Assembly: GCA_017642535.1 (NCBI GenBank)
Contig: JAGCOW010000060.1
Coordinates: forward strand, 475 to 64,474
Length of the DNA: 64,000 nucleotides
Direction: 5' to 3'
From: Bacteroidales bacterium
GTDB lineage: Bacteria > Bacteroidota > Bacteroidia > Bacteroidales > UBA1715
Part shown: positions 1 to 10,200 of the stretch, piece after piece
How the letters are laid out: every line of letters starts with the position of its first letter
How positions within the stretch are numbered: position 1 is the stretch's first letter
Notes under the pieces: generated by a model
The model's database searches: none
The model's input: only the letters and a program-made list of their open reading frames with translations
What the model was told of the DNA's origin: nothing
Translations under genes and position numbers: made by a program

Positions 1-2183
1 TGCTTTCGCAAATTGCAAGCCGCGAACGAGCTCCAATGTACGTAATTGGTGAAGCGACTGGCAATCACCAATTTACGATTGTAAACGACAAGACAGGCGA
101 AAAGCCAATCGACTTGCAAATGGACGATATGATTGGCAATCCGCCAAAAACTATTATGAAAGATTCCACAGTTGAAGAGACTTTCAAGCCATTGAACGTA
201 AATAAAGCATACATTTACGAATATCTTAACCAAGTGCTTCAACTTGAATCAGTTGCGTGCAAGGATTATTTGACAAACAAAGTTGACCGTTCGGTAACTG
301 GTAAAATCGCCACGCAACAATGTACAGGCGAATTGCAGTTGCCATTGAACGATTGCGGTGTTGTTGCAATTGATTACCAAGGTAAAAAAGGTATTGCAAC
401 TTCAATCGGTCACGCACCTGCAGTTGGTTTGATTTCGCCAGAAAATGGTTCAATTATGTCTATCGCAGAAGCATTGACGAACGTTGTCCTTACTCCAATT
501 GAAGGCGGTTTGAAAGGTATTTCATTGAGTGCGAACTGGATGTGGCCTTGTAAAAACGCTGGCGAAGACGCTCGTTTATATCGTGCCGTGCAAGCAGCAA
601 GTGATTTCGCAAAAGCATTGCAAATCAACATTCCTACAGGAAAAGACTCATTGTCGATGACACAAAAGTACAAAGACGGTGATTCGGTGTATTCTCCTGG
701 GACTGTGATTATTTCAACGGTAGGAGAAGTTCAAGATATTCGCAAAACGGTTACTCCATTTGTTAAACCTGACGAAGATGCTGTTTTAGTGTATGTCGAT
801 TTCGGCAAATCAGGACAAAAACTTGGCGGTTCCGCATTGGCACAAGTTGTAAACGGACTTGGTACAGAAACGCCAACGGTAACTGATCCTGCTTACTTTG
901 CAAAGGCATTCAACGCGGTACAAAAACTTGTAGCCGAAGGTAAAGTTCTTGCTGGACACGACGTTTCTGCCGGTGGTTTAATCACTTGTTTGTTGGAGAT
1001 GAATTTTGCCAACGCAAAAGGCGGTATGGCAGTTTGTTTGGATTATTTCAACAACGACAACGATGTTGAAGTGTTCTTCAACGAAAACCCTGCCCTTGTT
1101 CTACAAGTTGCCCCTGAAACTGTTGAAGAACTACAAGCCGAGGGCATTTCATGCTTCGCATTTGGTAGTTATAAAAGTAACAACGAAAATATTCTTGCGG
1201 CTTGGGTAGCAGATTCAATCCAAAACGGCATTTACGAATTCGACATCAACGAATGGCGCAGAACTTGGTACAAGACATCGTACTTGCTTGACTGTGAACA
1301 AAGTGGCGCGGTTAAAGCAAAAGAACGTTTTGAATCATTTGACAAATCGCCTTTGAAATTCGCATTTCCAAAGAATTTCAGCGGACAAACGACTCCGTAT
1401 GGCATTGATTTACACCGTAAAACAAAAACTGGTGTTCGTGCCGCCATCATTCGTGAAAAAGGTGTGAACGGCGACCGCGAAATGGCATGGTGTATGCACG
1501 CAGCGGGTTTCGATGTAAAAGATGTACACATGACAGACCTCATCACTGGTCGCGAAGATTTGACCGATGTGAATTTCATCGTATTTGTCGGCGGATTCTC
1601 GAACTCCGACGTGCTTGGTTCTGCAAAAGGTTGGGCTGGCGCATTCTTGTACAACGAAAAGGCAAAACAATCGCTCGACAATTTCTTTGCCCGCAAAGAC
1701 ACGATGAGTTTGGGCGTTTGCAACGGCTGTCAGTTAATGATAGAATTGGGCTTGATAAATCCGACCGATGCCGAAAAACCACACATGGAACACAACGATT
1801 CACATAAATTTGAATCAGGTTTCTTGGGCGTAACCATCCAACAAAGTCCGAGCATCATGCTTAAATCTTTGGAGAACAGTTCTTTAGGTATTTGGATTGC
1901 TCACGGAGAAGGAAAATTCAAATTCCCGTACGACAAATCAAAATACAACATTGCATTGACGTACAATTACAGCACATACCCGGCAAATCCGAACGGTTCC
2001 GATTGGGACACGGCAGGTATCACGTCGAACGACGGCCGCCATTTAGCAATGATGCCACACTTGGAACGTGCGTTGTATCCTTGGAACTGGGCATATTACC
2101 CACAAGACCGCAAAAACGACGTGGTTACGCCGTGGATTGAAGCATTCGTGAATGTACGGAAGTGGATTGAGAACAACAAATAA
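1..2183 (+). CDS. purL: phosphoribosylformylglycinamidine (FGAM) synthase, large single-chain form; C-terminal ~727 codons, 5' end outside the window
   Basis: The frame is open from nt 3 to the TAA at 2181-2183. The C-terminal glutamine amidotransferase domain is recognisable (SLGVCNGCQLM nucleophile elbow, IAHGEGKF), preceded by PurL-type AIRS-like repeats. Confidence 0.9.
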   Translation, partial: LSQIASRERAPMYVIGEATGNHQFTIVNDKTGEKPIDLQMDDMIGNPPKTIMKDSTVEETFKPLNVNKAYIYEYLNQVLQLESVACKDYLTNKVDRSVTGKIATQQCTGELQLPLNDCGVVAIDYQGKKGIATSIGHAPAVGLISPENGSIMSIAEALTNVVLTPIEGGLKGISLSANWMWPCKNAGEDARLYRAVQAASDFAKALQINIPTGKDSLSMTQKYKDGDSVYSPGTVIISTVGEVQDIRKTVTPFVKPDEDAVLVYVDFGKSGQKLGGSALAQVVNGLGTETPTVTDPAYFAKAFNAVQKLVAEGKVLAGHDVSAGGLITCLLEMNFANAKGGMAVCLDYFNNDNDVEVFFNENPALVLQVAPETVEELQAEGISCFAFGSYKSNNENILAAWVADSIQNGIYEFDINEWRRTWYKTSYLLDCEQSGAVKAKERFESFDKSPLKFAFPKNFSGQTTPYGIDLHRKTKTGVRAAIIREKGVNGDREMAWCMHAAGFDVKDVHMTDLITGREDLTDVNFIVFVGGFSNSDVLGSAKGWAGAFLYNEKAKQSLDNFFARKDTMSLGVCNGCQLMIELGLINPTDAEKPHMEHNDSHKFESGFLGVTIQQSPSIMLKSLENSSLGIWIAHGEGKFKFPYDKSKYNIALTYNYSTYPANPNGSDWDTAGITSNDGRHLAMMPHLERALYPWNWAYYPQDRKNDVVTPWIEAFVNVRKWIENNK

Positions 2184-2197
2184 CAAGTATAAACCAG

Positions 2198-2229
2198 AGT
2201 TAAGGACATTCGTTCTTAACTCTTTTTTA
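2198..2229 (+). terminator. hairpin plus T-run after purL
   Basis: AGTTAAG (2198-2204) pairs with CTTAACT (2215-2221) around a 10-nt loop and is followed by CTTTTTTAT. Confidence 0.55.
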
Positions 2230-2238
2230 TGTATAGCA

Positions 2239-2730
2239 TTGAAAAAATCAATTATTGTAGCAATATCGGACAACAACGTGATTGGGAAAGACAATGCCCT
2301 ATTATGGCATTTGTCGGCTGATATGAAGTTTTTCAAAGGAAAAACGACTGGTCACCACATTATAATGGGACGAAAAACGTTTGAATCATTAGGAAACAGA
2401 TTACTTCCCAACCGCACATCCATTGTCATCTCAAGAAATTCCGACTATCTGCTTCCCGAAGGAGGAATTTTGGCCACATCAATTGAAGATGCAATTGCAA
2501 AAGTGAAAAACGAGACGGAGGCATTTTTCATTGGAGGAGAACAAATTTACAAATCAGCACTGCCATTCGTTGATACACTGTACATTACACGAGTTCATCA
2601 CACGTTTGAGGGTGATGCGTTTTTCCCCGAAATAGACCTAAATGATTGGGGAAAAGTATCAAGCGAGTCGCACCAAGCCGATGAAAAGAACGAATTTGAC
2701 TACACATTTGAAGTTTATACACGAAAATAA
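2239..2730 (+). CDS. folA: dihydrofolate reductase
   Basis: IAISDNNVIGKDNALLWHLSADMKFFKGKTTGHHIIMGRKTFESLG aligns with the DHFR N-terminus. I prefer the in-frame TTG at 2239 (LKKSIIVAIS) because it gives a ~163-aa protein. The track's 2152 start would add 29 non-DHFR residues overlapping purL. Confidence 0.85.
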   Translation: MKKSIIVAISDNNVIGKDNALLWHLSADMKFFKGKTTGHHIIMGRKTFESLGNRLLPNRTSIVISRNSDYLLPEGGILATSIEDAIAKVKNETEAFFIGGEQIYKSALPFVDTLYITRVHHTFEGDAFFPEIDLNDWGKVSSESHQADEKNEFDYTFEVYTRK

Positions 2731-3354
2731 ATGAACATTTTGGTTGTTTTTCCATCGGGTTTAGAAGCGAAAAACTTTGAAACAGATTCAAAGCACATGG
2801 TTGACGTGCTCGTTTCAGGCATAGGCGGATTTACCACAATGTATTCTCTTACAAAATATTGCACGGAACATCGTCCCGACTTCATCATTCACGCAGGCAT
2901 TTGCGGCTCATTTGACGAAACGTTGCAATTAGGCGAGGTTACCAATGTGATGATAGACTATTTCGCCGATTTCGGCATTTTTGAAAATGAGAAATGGAAA
3001 ACCGGTTTTGAAATGGGACTTTTGAGTTCACACAAAACGCCATTCACCGAAGGAAAACTTGTCGCACCAAACAATGATTTCGCCGAGTTTCCTAAAGTTG
3101 TTGCAGTAACCTCGCAGACAATCACAACAACCAAAGCACAAAGAAACATGTTGCTCCACAAGTTCCAACCAAGCATTGAAACAATGGAAGGTGCTTTTGT
3201 TCACTATGTTTGCATAAAAGAAGAAATTCCTTTTGTACATTTGCGAGCAGTTTCAAATTACGTTGGTGAAAGAGATAAGTCTAAATGGGATATGAATCAA
3301 TCAATTCAAAATCTTCATTTTAGCATACAAAAAGTTATACAATCATTTGAATAA
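2731..3354 (+). CDS. nucleoside phosphorylase-fold protein, futalosine hydrolase (MqnB)-like
   Basis: The ~207-aa size and the C-terminal METMEGAFVHYVC...VHLRAVSNYVGERD motif are typical of the MTA/SAH-nucleosidase/MqnB family. The ATG directly abuts the folA stop (TAAATG). Confidence 0.5.
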   Translation: MNILVVFPSGLEAKNFETDSKHMVDVLVSGIGGFTTMYSLTKYCTEHRPDFIIHAGICGSFDETLQLGEVTNVMIDYFADFGIFENEKWKTGFEMGLLSSHKTPFTEGKLVAPNNDFAEFPKVVAVTSQTITTTKAQRNMLLHKFQPSIETMEGAFVHYVCIKEEIPFVHLRAVSNYVGERDKSKWDMNQSIQNLHFSIQKVIQSFE

Positions 3355-3363
3355 CAACATTTT

Positions 3364-5172
3364 ATGATTTTAGATATCTTCAAACGCATACTCAACTTCT
3401 TCTTAAAAATTCTTTTCTTTAAAAGAAGATTACCCATTTTACATTACAATCGTCACAAAGATGAAGCCGACAAATTATCCGTTTGTTTTGCAATCACCGT
3501 TTGCGACGAGTACGAAGAACTCCGAAATCTTTTAAATGCAATTATTCCTTACGTTTGCGAAAACGACGAGATTCTTATTCAGGGAGATGAAGGCAACATT
3601 ACCGATAAGGTAAAAGAAGTGATTGCCGAATACAGCAACTCCATCTCCAAATTTGTTGAGTTTCCGTTGAATCACAATTTTGGTGCCTACAAAAGCCAGT
3701 TGGCAAAGCACACAAAATGCAAATACATTTTCCAGATTGACGCCGACGAAATCCCCCACCCGTATTTGATGCGTCACATTCATCGCATTATTTACAACAA
3801 CAATCTCGATTTGATTCGTATGGCGCGAATCAACATTATGATTGAAAATGACGAAAATTTCATCTTATGGGATAATTTTGAAAAATATAAGAAACATGAT
3901 CGTCTGAATTTCCCTGATTATCAACGCCGTATATATAGAAATACGGAATCGATATCGTGGACTCAGAACATTCACGAAAAAATTATTGGATTCAAGACAA
4001 ACGCTTATTTGCCTACATCCGAAAAATACTGTTTGTTGCATTGCAAACACTGGAAAAAACAGATTGAACGCGATAATCAGATTTTCAACGTATATCGCAA
4101 AAAAAATCCCCAAAACGTATTGATAGACCTCTCGGTGTTGAAAAACATCAACTGTGGTTTAGGACAAGTTGCTTACAACTACGGGAAATATCTCAAAGAT
4201 CATCCGATACAAGATTTTACCGTTAGTCTTCTACTTCCCAAAGAATATTTCGGAGCTTTTGGAAACCATGTCAAATACATAGAAAGCAAAAAAATTTATC
4301 GACGTCATCCACGATTTTTACCACCAATTGACCTTTGGCATTCAATCCATCAATTGAGTAGTTTTCAGCCACCTCATTCGGTGTTCAACCTTCTTACCAT
4401 CCACGACTTGAATTTTGTGTATGAAAAACAAGGTAAAAAAGTCGAGAAATACATGAAAAAGATTTTGAAAGAAATAAAATATGCCAACAAAATCACGGTT
4501 ATTTCTCAATTCACCAAAAACGACATTCATAGAATCATTAGGGACGACCTCGACATAGAAGTAATCTACAATGGTGTGGAACAACTCAACCCCAAAGATG
4601 AGCTACACCCGACATTCGCAATTGACGAAACCAAACCATTCTTGTTCACGATTGGAGAAATCAAGCCAAAGAAAAATTTCCACGTGTTGCTCGATGCGAT
4701 GAAACTTATGCCTGAATATAATCTATACTTGGCAGGAAACGATAACACGCAATATGCTGAAGATATTCGACAACGAATTGCAAACGAAAATATTCAAAAC
4801 GTATTTGTAACAGGTCCTATTTCACAACAAGAGAAAATTTGGTTATATAATCACTGCTATGCATTTGTGTTCCCGTCGCTTTTCGAGGGATTTGGCCTGC
4901 CTATCATTGAAGCATTGATGTTTAAAAAACCTGTTATCTCTTCACAAGAAACTTCATTGAAGGAAATCGGTGGTGATTCGGTGTTCTTCCTTGACAACTT
5001 CACTCCCGAACATATACAACAAGTGGTAAAGGAAAAAAGTGAGTATTTTTACCAACATCCGGAACTTGCCGAACGAAATCTTGCATACGCTCGCTCTTTC
5101 TCTTATGAAAGACATATGGAACGATACATTGAACTTTATAAGGAAATGTTGTGTAATGTGCGACAACGATAG
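3364..5172 (+). CDS. two-domain glycosyltransferase (N-terminal GT2-like, C-terminal GT4/GT1-fold)
   Basis: The N-terminal half has a GT-A-like pattern (SVCFAITVCDEYEEL, IFQIDADEIP DxD-like). The C-terminal half has the retaining GT-B signature (FVFPSLFEGFGLPIIEALMFKKPVISS). Confidence 0.7.
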   Translation: MILDIFKRILNFFLKILFFKRRLPILHYNRHKDEADKLSVCFAITVCDEYEELRNLLNAIIPYVCENDEILIQGDEGNITDKVKEVIAEYSNSISKFVEFPLNHNFGAYKSQLAKHTKCKYIFQIDADEIPHPYLMRHIHRIIYNNNLDLIRMARINIMIENDENFILWDNFEKYKKHDRLNFPDYQRRIYRNTESISWTQNIHEKIIGFKTNAYLPTSEKYCLLHCKHWKKQIERDNQIFNVYRKKNPQNVLIDLSVLKNINCGLGQVAYNYGKYLKDHPIQDFTVSLLLPKEYFGAFGNHVKYIESKKIYRRHPRFLPPIDLWHSIHQLSSFQPPHSVFNLLTIHDLNFVYEKQGKKVEKYMKKILKEIKYANKITVISQFTKNDIHRIIRDDLDIEVIYNGVEQLNPKDELHPTFAIDETKPFLFTIGEIKPKKNFHVLLDAMKLMPEYNLYLAGNDNTQYAEDIRQRIANENIQNVFVTGPISQQEKIWLYNHCYAFVFPSLFEGFGLPIIEALMFKKPVISSQETSLKEIGGDSVFFLDNFTPEHIQQVVKEKSEYFYQHPELAERNLAYARSFSYERHMERYIELYKEMLCNVRQR

Positions 5173-5218
5173 AAAAAAGATTCCGACGAATGGATCAAAC
5201 GCTACACTTGCACAATCA

Positions 5219-5671
5219 CTATATTTTTCGATCTTCGTGCAACATATCGTACAATTTGCCAGCCGTTTCGGCTAAAACCTTTGTACAAATAATCTGATGA
5301 TGTTGTCGTTTCTCAACCGTTTCACGTGTTGCATATTTTTGCAACAATTCGCCGCACGAAGTCGTGCCGAACGCTTCATCCACGTGTTTATTCAACTCCC
5401 GCACCTTACGATACGACAATAATTTGTTGTCCATATCTTTGGCATCTTCGGGAGCATACGCCAAGCCAAAAACCATAAAACTTCCCGTCACAGCCCCGCA
5501 TTTTTCACGTAAACGTCCCATTCCGCCACCAAACGTTGCCGAAATCAACTTTGCCGTTTTTTCATCGGCACCAAATTCGGGTCCGAAAGCAAGTAAAATA
5601 GATTGTGAACACGCATATCCTTCGTTAAACAAGGATAAAACTTTGTCAATTGCCTCTTGTCTTGTCATCAT
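5219..5671 (-). CDS. C_GCAxxG_C_C family protein
   Basis: FNEGYACSQSILLAF, GGGMGRLREKCGAVTG and a C-terminal Cys pair fit the family, as does the 150-aa size. Confidence 0.75.
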   Translation of the reverse strand: MMTRQEAIDKVLSLFNEGYACSQSILLAFGPEFGADEKTAKLISATFGGGMGRLREKCGAVTGSFMVFGLAYAPEDAKDMDNKLLSYRKVRELNKHVDEAFGTTSCGELLQKYATRETVEKRQHHQIICTKVLAETAGKLYDMLHEDRKI

Positions 5672-5831
5672 TTTATACGAAATAAATACGAACTACGGCA
5701 AAGGTAAGAGATTGTTCCGTTTTTTCCTACTCGTAGTACAAAGAATACGATAGCCAAGCACTGTTCATTCATTTAAAGACATTGTTTTTATTGTTTATAA
5801 TCCCCAAAGTTGCTTTTTTTTACAACTTTTG

Positions 5832-5839
5832 TATATTTG
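5832..5839 (+). promoter_or_regulatory. Bacteroidota-type -7 box (TAnnTTTG)
   Basis: TATATTTG lies 30 nt upstream of the ATG at 5870. Confidence 0.5.
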
Positions 5840-5869
5840 CAAAAACATTATAACTAATAGTTAGCAGCA

Positions 5870-6106
5870 ATGATAGACACATTATTTCAGTATTATTTGG
5901 AACGACAAGATGAACTTGTCAAAATGTACAATGGGAAATACATTGTTATTTCCCATGCAAAAGAAGTGAAGGCATACGATGACGAAAACAAGGCATACTT
6001 TGAATCTGTGAGAGATTATGGGGCTGGCAATTTTTTGTTACAATTATGCACTCCAGGTAAACAGGCATATACGCAATATTGTTATAGTCCACGAATAATT
6101 TTTTAA
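5870..6106 (+). CDS. small hypothetical protein (78 aa), possibly DUF5678-like
   Basis: ATG start preceded by a -7 box, and the stop is 1 nt before the next ATG. The pattern YNGKYIVISHAKEVKAYDDENKAYFESVRDYG resembles small proteins that partner archaeal/bacterial retropepsin-like proteases; this is from memory and unverified. Confidence 0.5.
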   Translation: MIDTLFQYYLERQDELVKMYNGKYIVISHAKEVKAYDDENKAYFESVRDYGAGNFLLQLCTPGKQAYTQYCYSPRIIF

Positions 6107-6107
6107 T

Positions 6108-6566
6108 ATGAATCCTGCTTCTTTTTCGCTGACTGACAATAAGTTATTGCCAGTTTTGGAAACAACGTGTGCTGTTAGCCAACCCTATAATAGCGTTTTC
6201 AACACAGAACATCCACCTGTATTTGATGTAAAAGGTATCTGGGACACGGGGGCTTCCTCTTCTGTTATATCAAGGAGAATGATTACTTCGATGGCGTTAA
6301 AACCGTTTTCAAAATGCACGATGTTTTATGCACAAGGAAATCTTTTGGTCAACATTTATAAAATCAACATAATACTACCCAATGGTGTGGAGATATCAAA
6401 TGTGACGGTTTCCGAAGGTAATTTATTGGATACGGATATCTTGATTGGTATGGATATAATAAATTTAGGAGATTTTGCCATAACGCATAGAAACAGTGGA
6501 ACTTTATTCTCATTTCAAATTCCGTCAACTCATCACATTGATTTTGGAAATTTTGATTCCTTTTGA
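6108..6566 (+). CDS. retropepsin-like (clan AA) aspartic protease
   Basis: The catalytic D-T-G-A-S motif (WDTGASSSVIS, nt 6243-6257) and the downstream ILIGMDIINLG motif are typical of single-lobe retroviral-type aspartyl proteases. Confidence 0.7.
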   Translation: MNPASFSLTDNKLLPVLETTCAVSQPYNSVFNTEHPPVFDVKGIWDTGASSSVISRRMITSMALKPFSKCTMFYAQGNLLVNIYKINIILPNGVEISNVTVSEGNLLDTDILIGMDIINLGDFAITHRNSGTLFSFQIPSTHHIDFGNFDSF

Positions 6567-6691
6567 AAAATTCAACCGCATATAAGTTATTTCCGTAAAA
6601 AAAAGACTATTTTTGGAAAGGTAATATACTGTAAAAACACATTTTAAAATGTCACGTAATAATCATTTTTATTCTCAATTTATTAATTACT

Positions 6692-7251
6692 ATGGAAATA
6701 GATAAAGAAAAACTTCAACAAGCTCAGTTAATAATAGACAACCTTGCTAATGGTATCAACCCCATAGATGGAGCGGCATTAAACAATATAGATGTGCTCA
6801 ATAATGTTAATATTATCCGTAGTTTTTTTATGCCTCACAAGTATTACAAGGATTAATTGATGGAGCAATAACAAGTCCAAAGAAAATACCAAATGCAAAA
6901 AAATCAACATTCCATTTGAACGACAACGACATATTGAATTTTGAGTTTTCAAAGACACCCATACCGTTATCTACCATGGTTGAAATAATGAACCAATATG
7001 TTGATGAAAATCAAATGAAAAAAATCTCTTTCTCTAAGTTGGCTGGTTGGTTGATAAGTCTTGATATATTAAAAACAGAAGATGATTCAAAAAAAGTTCC
7101 GACGGAAGCAGGTGAACAAATCGGATTAATCGTAGAAAATAGAGTTGGTAGTTATGGCAAGCCATATAGCGTTGTTTTATATGAAGAAAAAGCACAAAGA
7201 TTTATAATTGACAACATTGAGGGGTTATACGAATTTCTTAATGCAGAATAG
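6692..7251 (+). pseudogene. hypothetical ~186-aa gene interrupted by a frameshift at a T7 run (or expressed by -1 frameshifting)
   Basis: ORF A (ATG 6692 to TAA 6854-6856, 54 aa) and ORF B (open from 6823, track ORF 6916-7251) are in frames offset by -1. They join seamlessly at T7 (6823-6829), giving ...NIIRSFF|YASQVLQGLIDG.... Confidence 0.6.
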
Positions 7252-7269
7252 CACTTTACACCATATAAT

Positions 7270-10200
7270 TTATTTGTAATAACACGATTTGCATTCTGGT
7301 CTTTCAAAACAAATTCTATAGGAGATTGAGCCACATCTGTGGCAATAATTTTCGGAATAATATTCATAGCCACCATAACTATTCCATGTATAATAACAAC
7401 TTTTACAATATGGACTTTGTGGATTAAAAGGAATTTCCTTTCTGCATCGTATGCAATACCCTTCATGCTTAGATCTTGAGACCTTTTGAGTTGTTTCTGT
7501 TTTTTGATTTGTAGAAATATTATTATCTTCAGTATCATCAAAATTGAAAGATCCTTGTGTGTCAACAATATCCTTGGATTCACTTATAATTGTCCTCAAT
7601 TGTTCGTAAGATTTAACAAATGAATTTGGAATCATTAAGCATTTCCAACCTTTTTCTTTGCATATAGATATCTTTCTTGCGTCAGATTGTTCTCGACTTT
7701 TATCGCCGAAATGTTCTCCTCCATTTATTTCTATAACAACTTGTGGATATAAACGACCATTTCTTTTCTCGTATAATACACAATCAAATTCTGATTTTGA
7801 TTTTTTTAACTCCTCATCATCTACAAAAATTTCACTAAAAGCAACATTCCTTTTAACTTCAAACGACGTATGTACGGTACAAAAATGAGAGATTGTTTTA
7901 TAAAACTCGTTTTCATAGTAACTGCCATTTGATTTCCCCAATTCAATTTTTAAGACCTCATTTTCTGGCACATGTATCTCTCCATTGCTTTTTACATAAT
8001 TAATCAAATCCAACAAGTCGTTTGAGCAATTTTTTGATTTGTGTTTTATAGCATCTTCATCATATGCAATAACAAAACGTTTCTTTGCTCGTGTCTCTGC
8101 AACATTTATCAATTCAATATTATTTTTTATCCATTCAAAAGTTCGTTGACTTGTTTTTTTAGATAATGCTGTTGAAAATATAATCGTTTGTTTTTCCCCT
8201 CCTTGCATTGCGTGTATCGTACAACAATCAATATCCGACAGATTTCTTTGTTTCAATAATTGATTAAATAATTCCTTCTGTTTTACAAATGGTGTTATAA
8301 TTGTAGCATCGTGAACATTATTCCGTTCTATGTACTTAATAATTTCAACTGCTTCGTCATAAGCAGAGTTTTTCTCAACAACATTTTCATTCTTCACAGG
8401 AATACTAATTAGCGCTCCATCTTCTTTAATTGCAGATAAATTTAAACAGGAACTGTAGTATTTCTGATTTGCAAAATCGATTATTTTCTTTGCACATCTA
8501 TAATGATATGTCAAAACTACATATTGAGAAATAGAGTCATGATTTCTCATTATATCCAATATTGAGTTATGTTTGTAATCATAACCTTCGGGTATGGAAT
8601 ATTTTTTCCGTAACATTTTATTTATAGAATCTTCCAAGACTACAATAGGTTTTAATTGTTGTGGATCACCAACCAAAAGCAGGGAATCAGCCTTTGTTAT
8701 AGGTATTAGTGAATGAGCCACATTGCATTGACCAGCTTCATCCATCACAACTAAATCAAACATAAAATTTGGGGTTCCAAGACGTTGGGCTGAAATGTTT
8801 GTTGTAAAAATTATCGGAAAAACCTTAACGAATTTCTTCATATTTTCATCGTTTGCCAACCACTTATTGAACTCTTTTACCCTATCATCCTCGTTAGTAA
8901 GCGTGCAAATATTTTTTAGGTCATCATAATTCGAGTGATGTAGTGTTTTTATGCATTTTAATGATAAAAAGTAAAAGAACTGTTGTAATTTATAATCCTC
9001 ACTCAGCGGTGTGAACAACTCTTTAACCTCCTCGTTTTTAACTTCTTGATTTTTATTTAATTCCGAAATCAATTTTCTAATATTTTTTTCAATATTGTTG
9101 GTGAATTGATTGGAGTATTGCTTCACAAAATCATATAATTTTTGTGCATTATTTTTATATTCTGTGTTTCTTATGAAATTTTCTTGTCGTTTTGAGATTT
9201 CCTGTAATTTCTCATTTTTTTCATTTGTTGACAATTTGATTTTATTCATTTTGTCGTCGTCAGGTTCTCTATTTATATAAAAATCAAATAAATCCTTTAT
9301 CTGTGTAATAGCCTTTTTAACTTGTTCTTTGTTACCAAGACGAATGTATGGGAAAGGTATTTTTTCCCCATTATAAGTAACAGATAGTTTCTCAATTATT
9401 CCATCAACTGGTTTATTATTAGCGGAACAAATTAGTAAGGTTTTATCATTATAAAATCCATTAAGAACCACGTTAAGTATAGTTTGTGTTTTCCCTGTTC
9501 CTGGTGGTCCTTGCACAAATGTAACTGGTTGTTTCATTGCATTGTAAAGGACACGAGTCTGATCAACATTGATTTTATCATCACAAATTATAATTTGTGG
9601 CTCTTTCCGTCTTTTATCTCGACCATTTATTCTCCCTAAGAATGATTTTAATGGCACATTAAGATGTCCCTCTACAATTCTTTTGACAATTGCATTATAT
9701 GTTGCTTTCAAATCAACAGGAACTTCTCGCTCCAACAACACAATTTCTGGTCTTGTATTCGATATTTCACCATTTCTTAAATTGTTTTCAATGATAGCAA
9801 TGCTACTTTCTTCATCATTCCTAAAATTCTCAATAAATTCATCAACATCCATTTCCGTATATTGAAACAATGTTGATTTATACGCATCTTCATCTGCTAT
9901 TTTTTCTTCCAGTAAACGTTTATGGATAAACGATTTATTAAAACGTAGTGTTTCGTCTATGCTCAAACATTCATTTATTGGATTAAACATTACGTTGTAG
10001 TAGCAAACAATATAATGTTTATCTTGTTTATCTATTGAAAAGCGAGACAAAGCAAACTCTTCATAATTGCGTTTCTCATTTACAAACTGCCGATTCTTGA
10101 ATATTTTCAACACATAGTCTTTTTGTTCTTTATTCAGTTTGATTGATTTATTCTTCATCAACATAGACAGGTCTATGCCAGGAATTAAAAAACATTCTTT

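Noticed and set aside
2731-3354. I considered whether the MqnB-like gene implies a futalosine menaquinone pathway.
   Set aside because: No other mqn gene is in the window, and the nucleosidase fold is shared with MTA/SAH nucleosidases. The assignment is kept at family level only.
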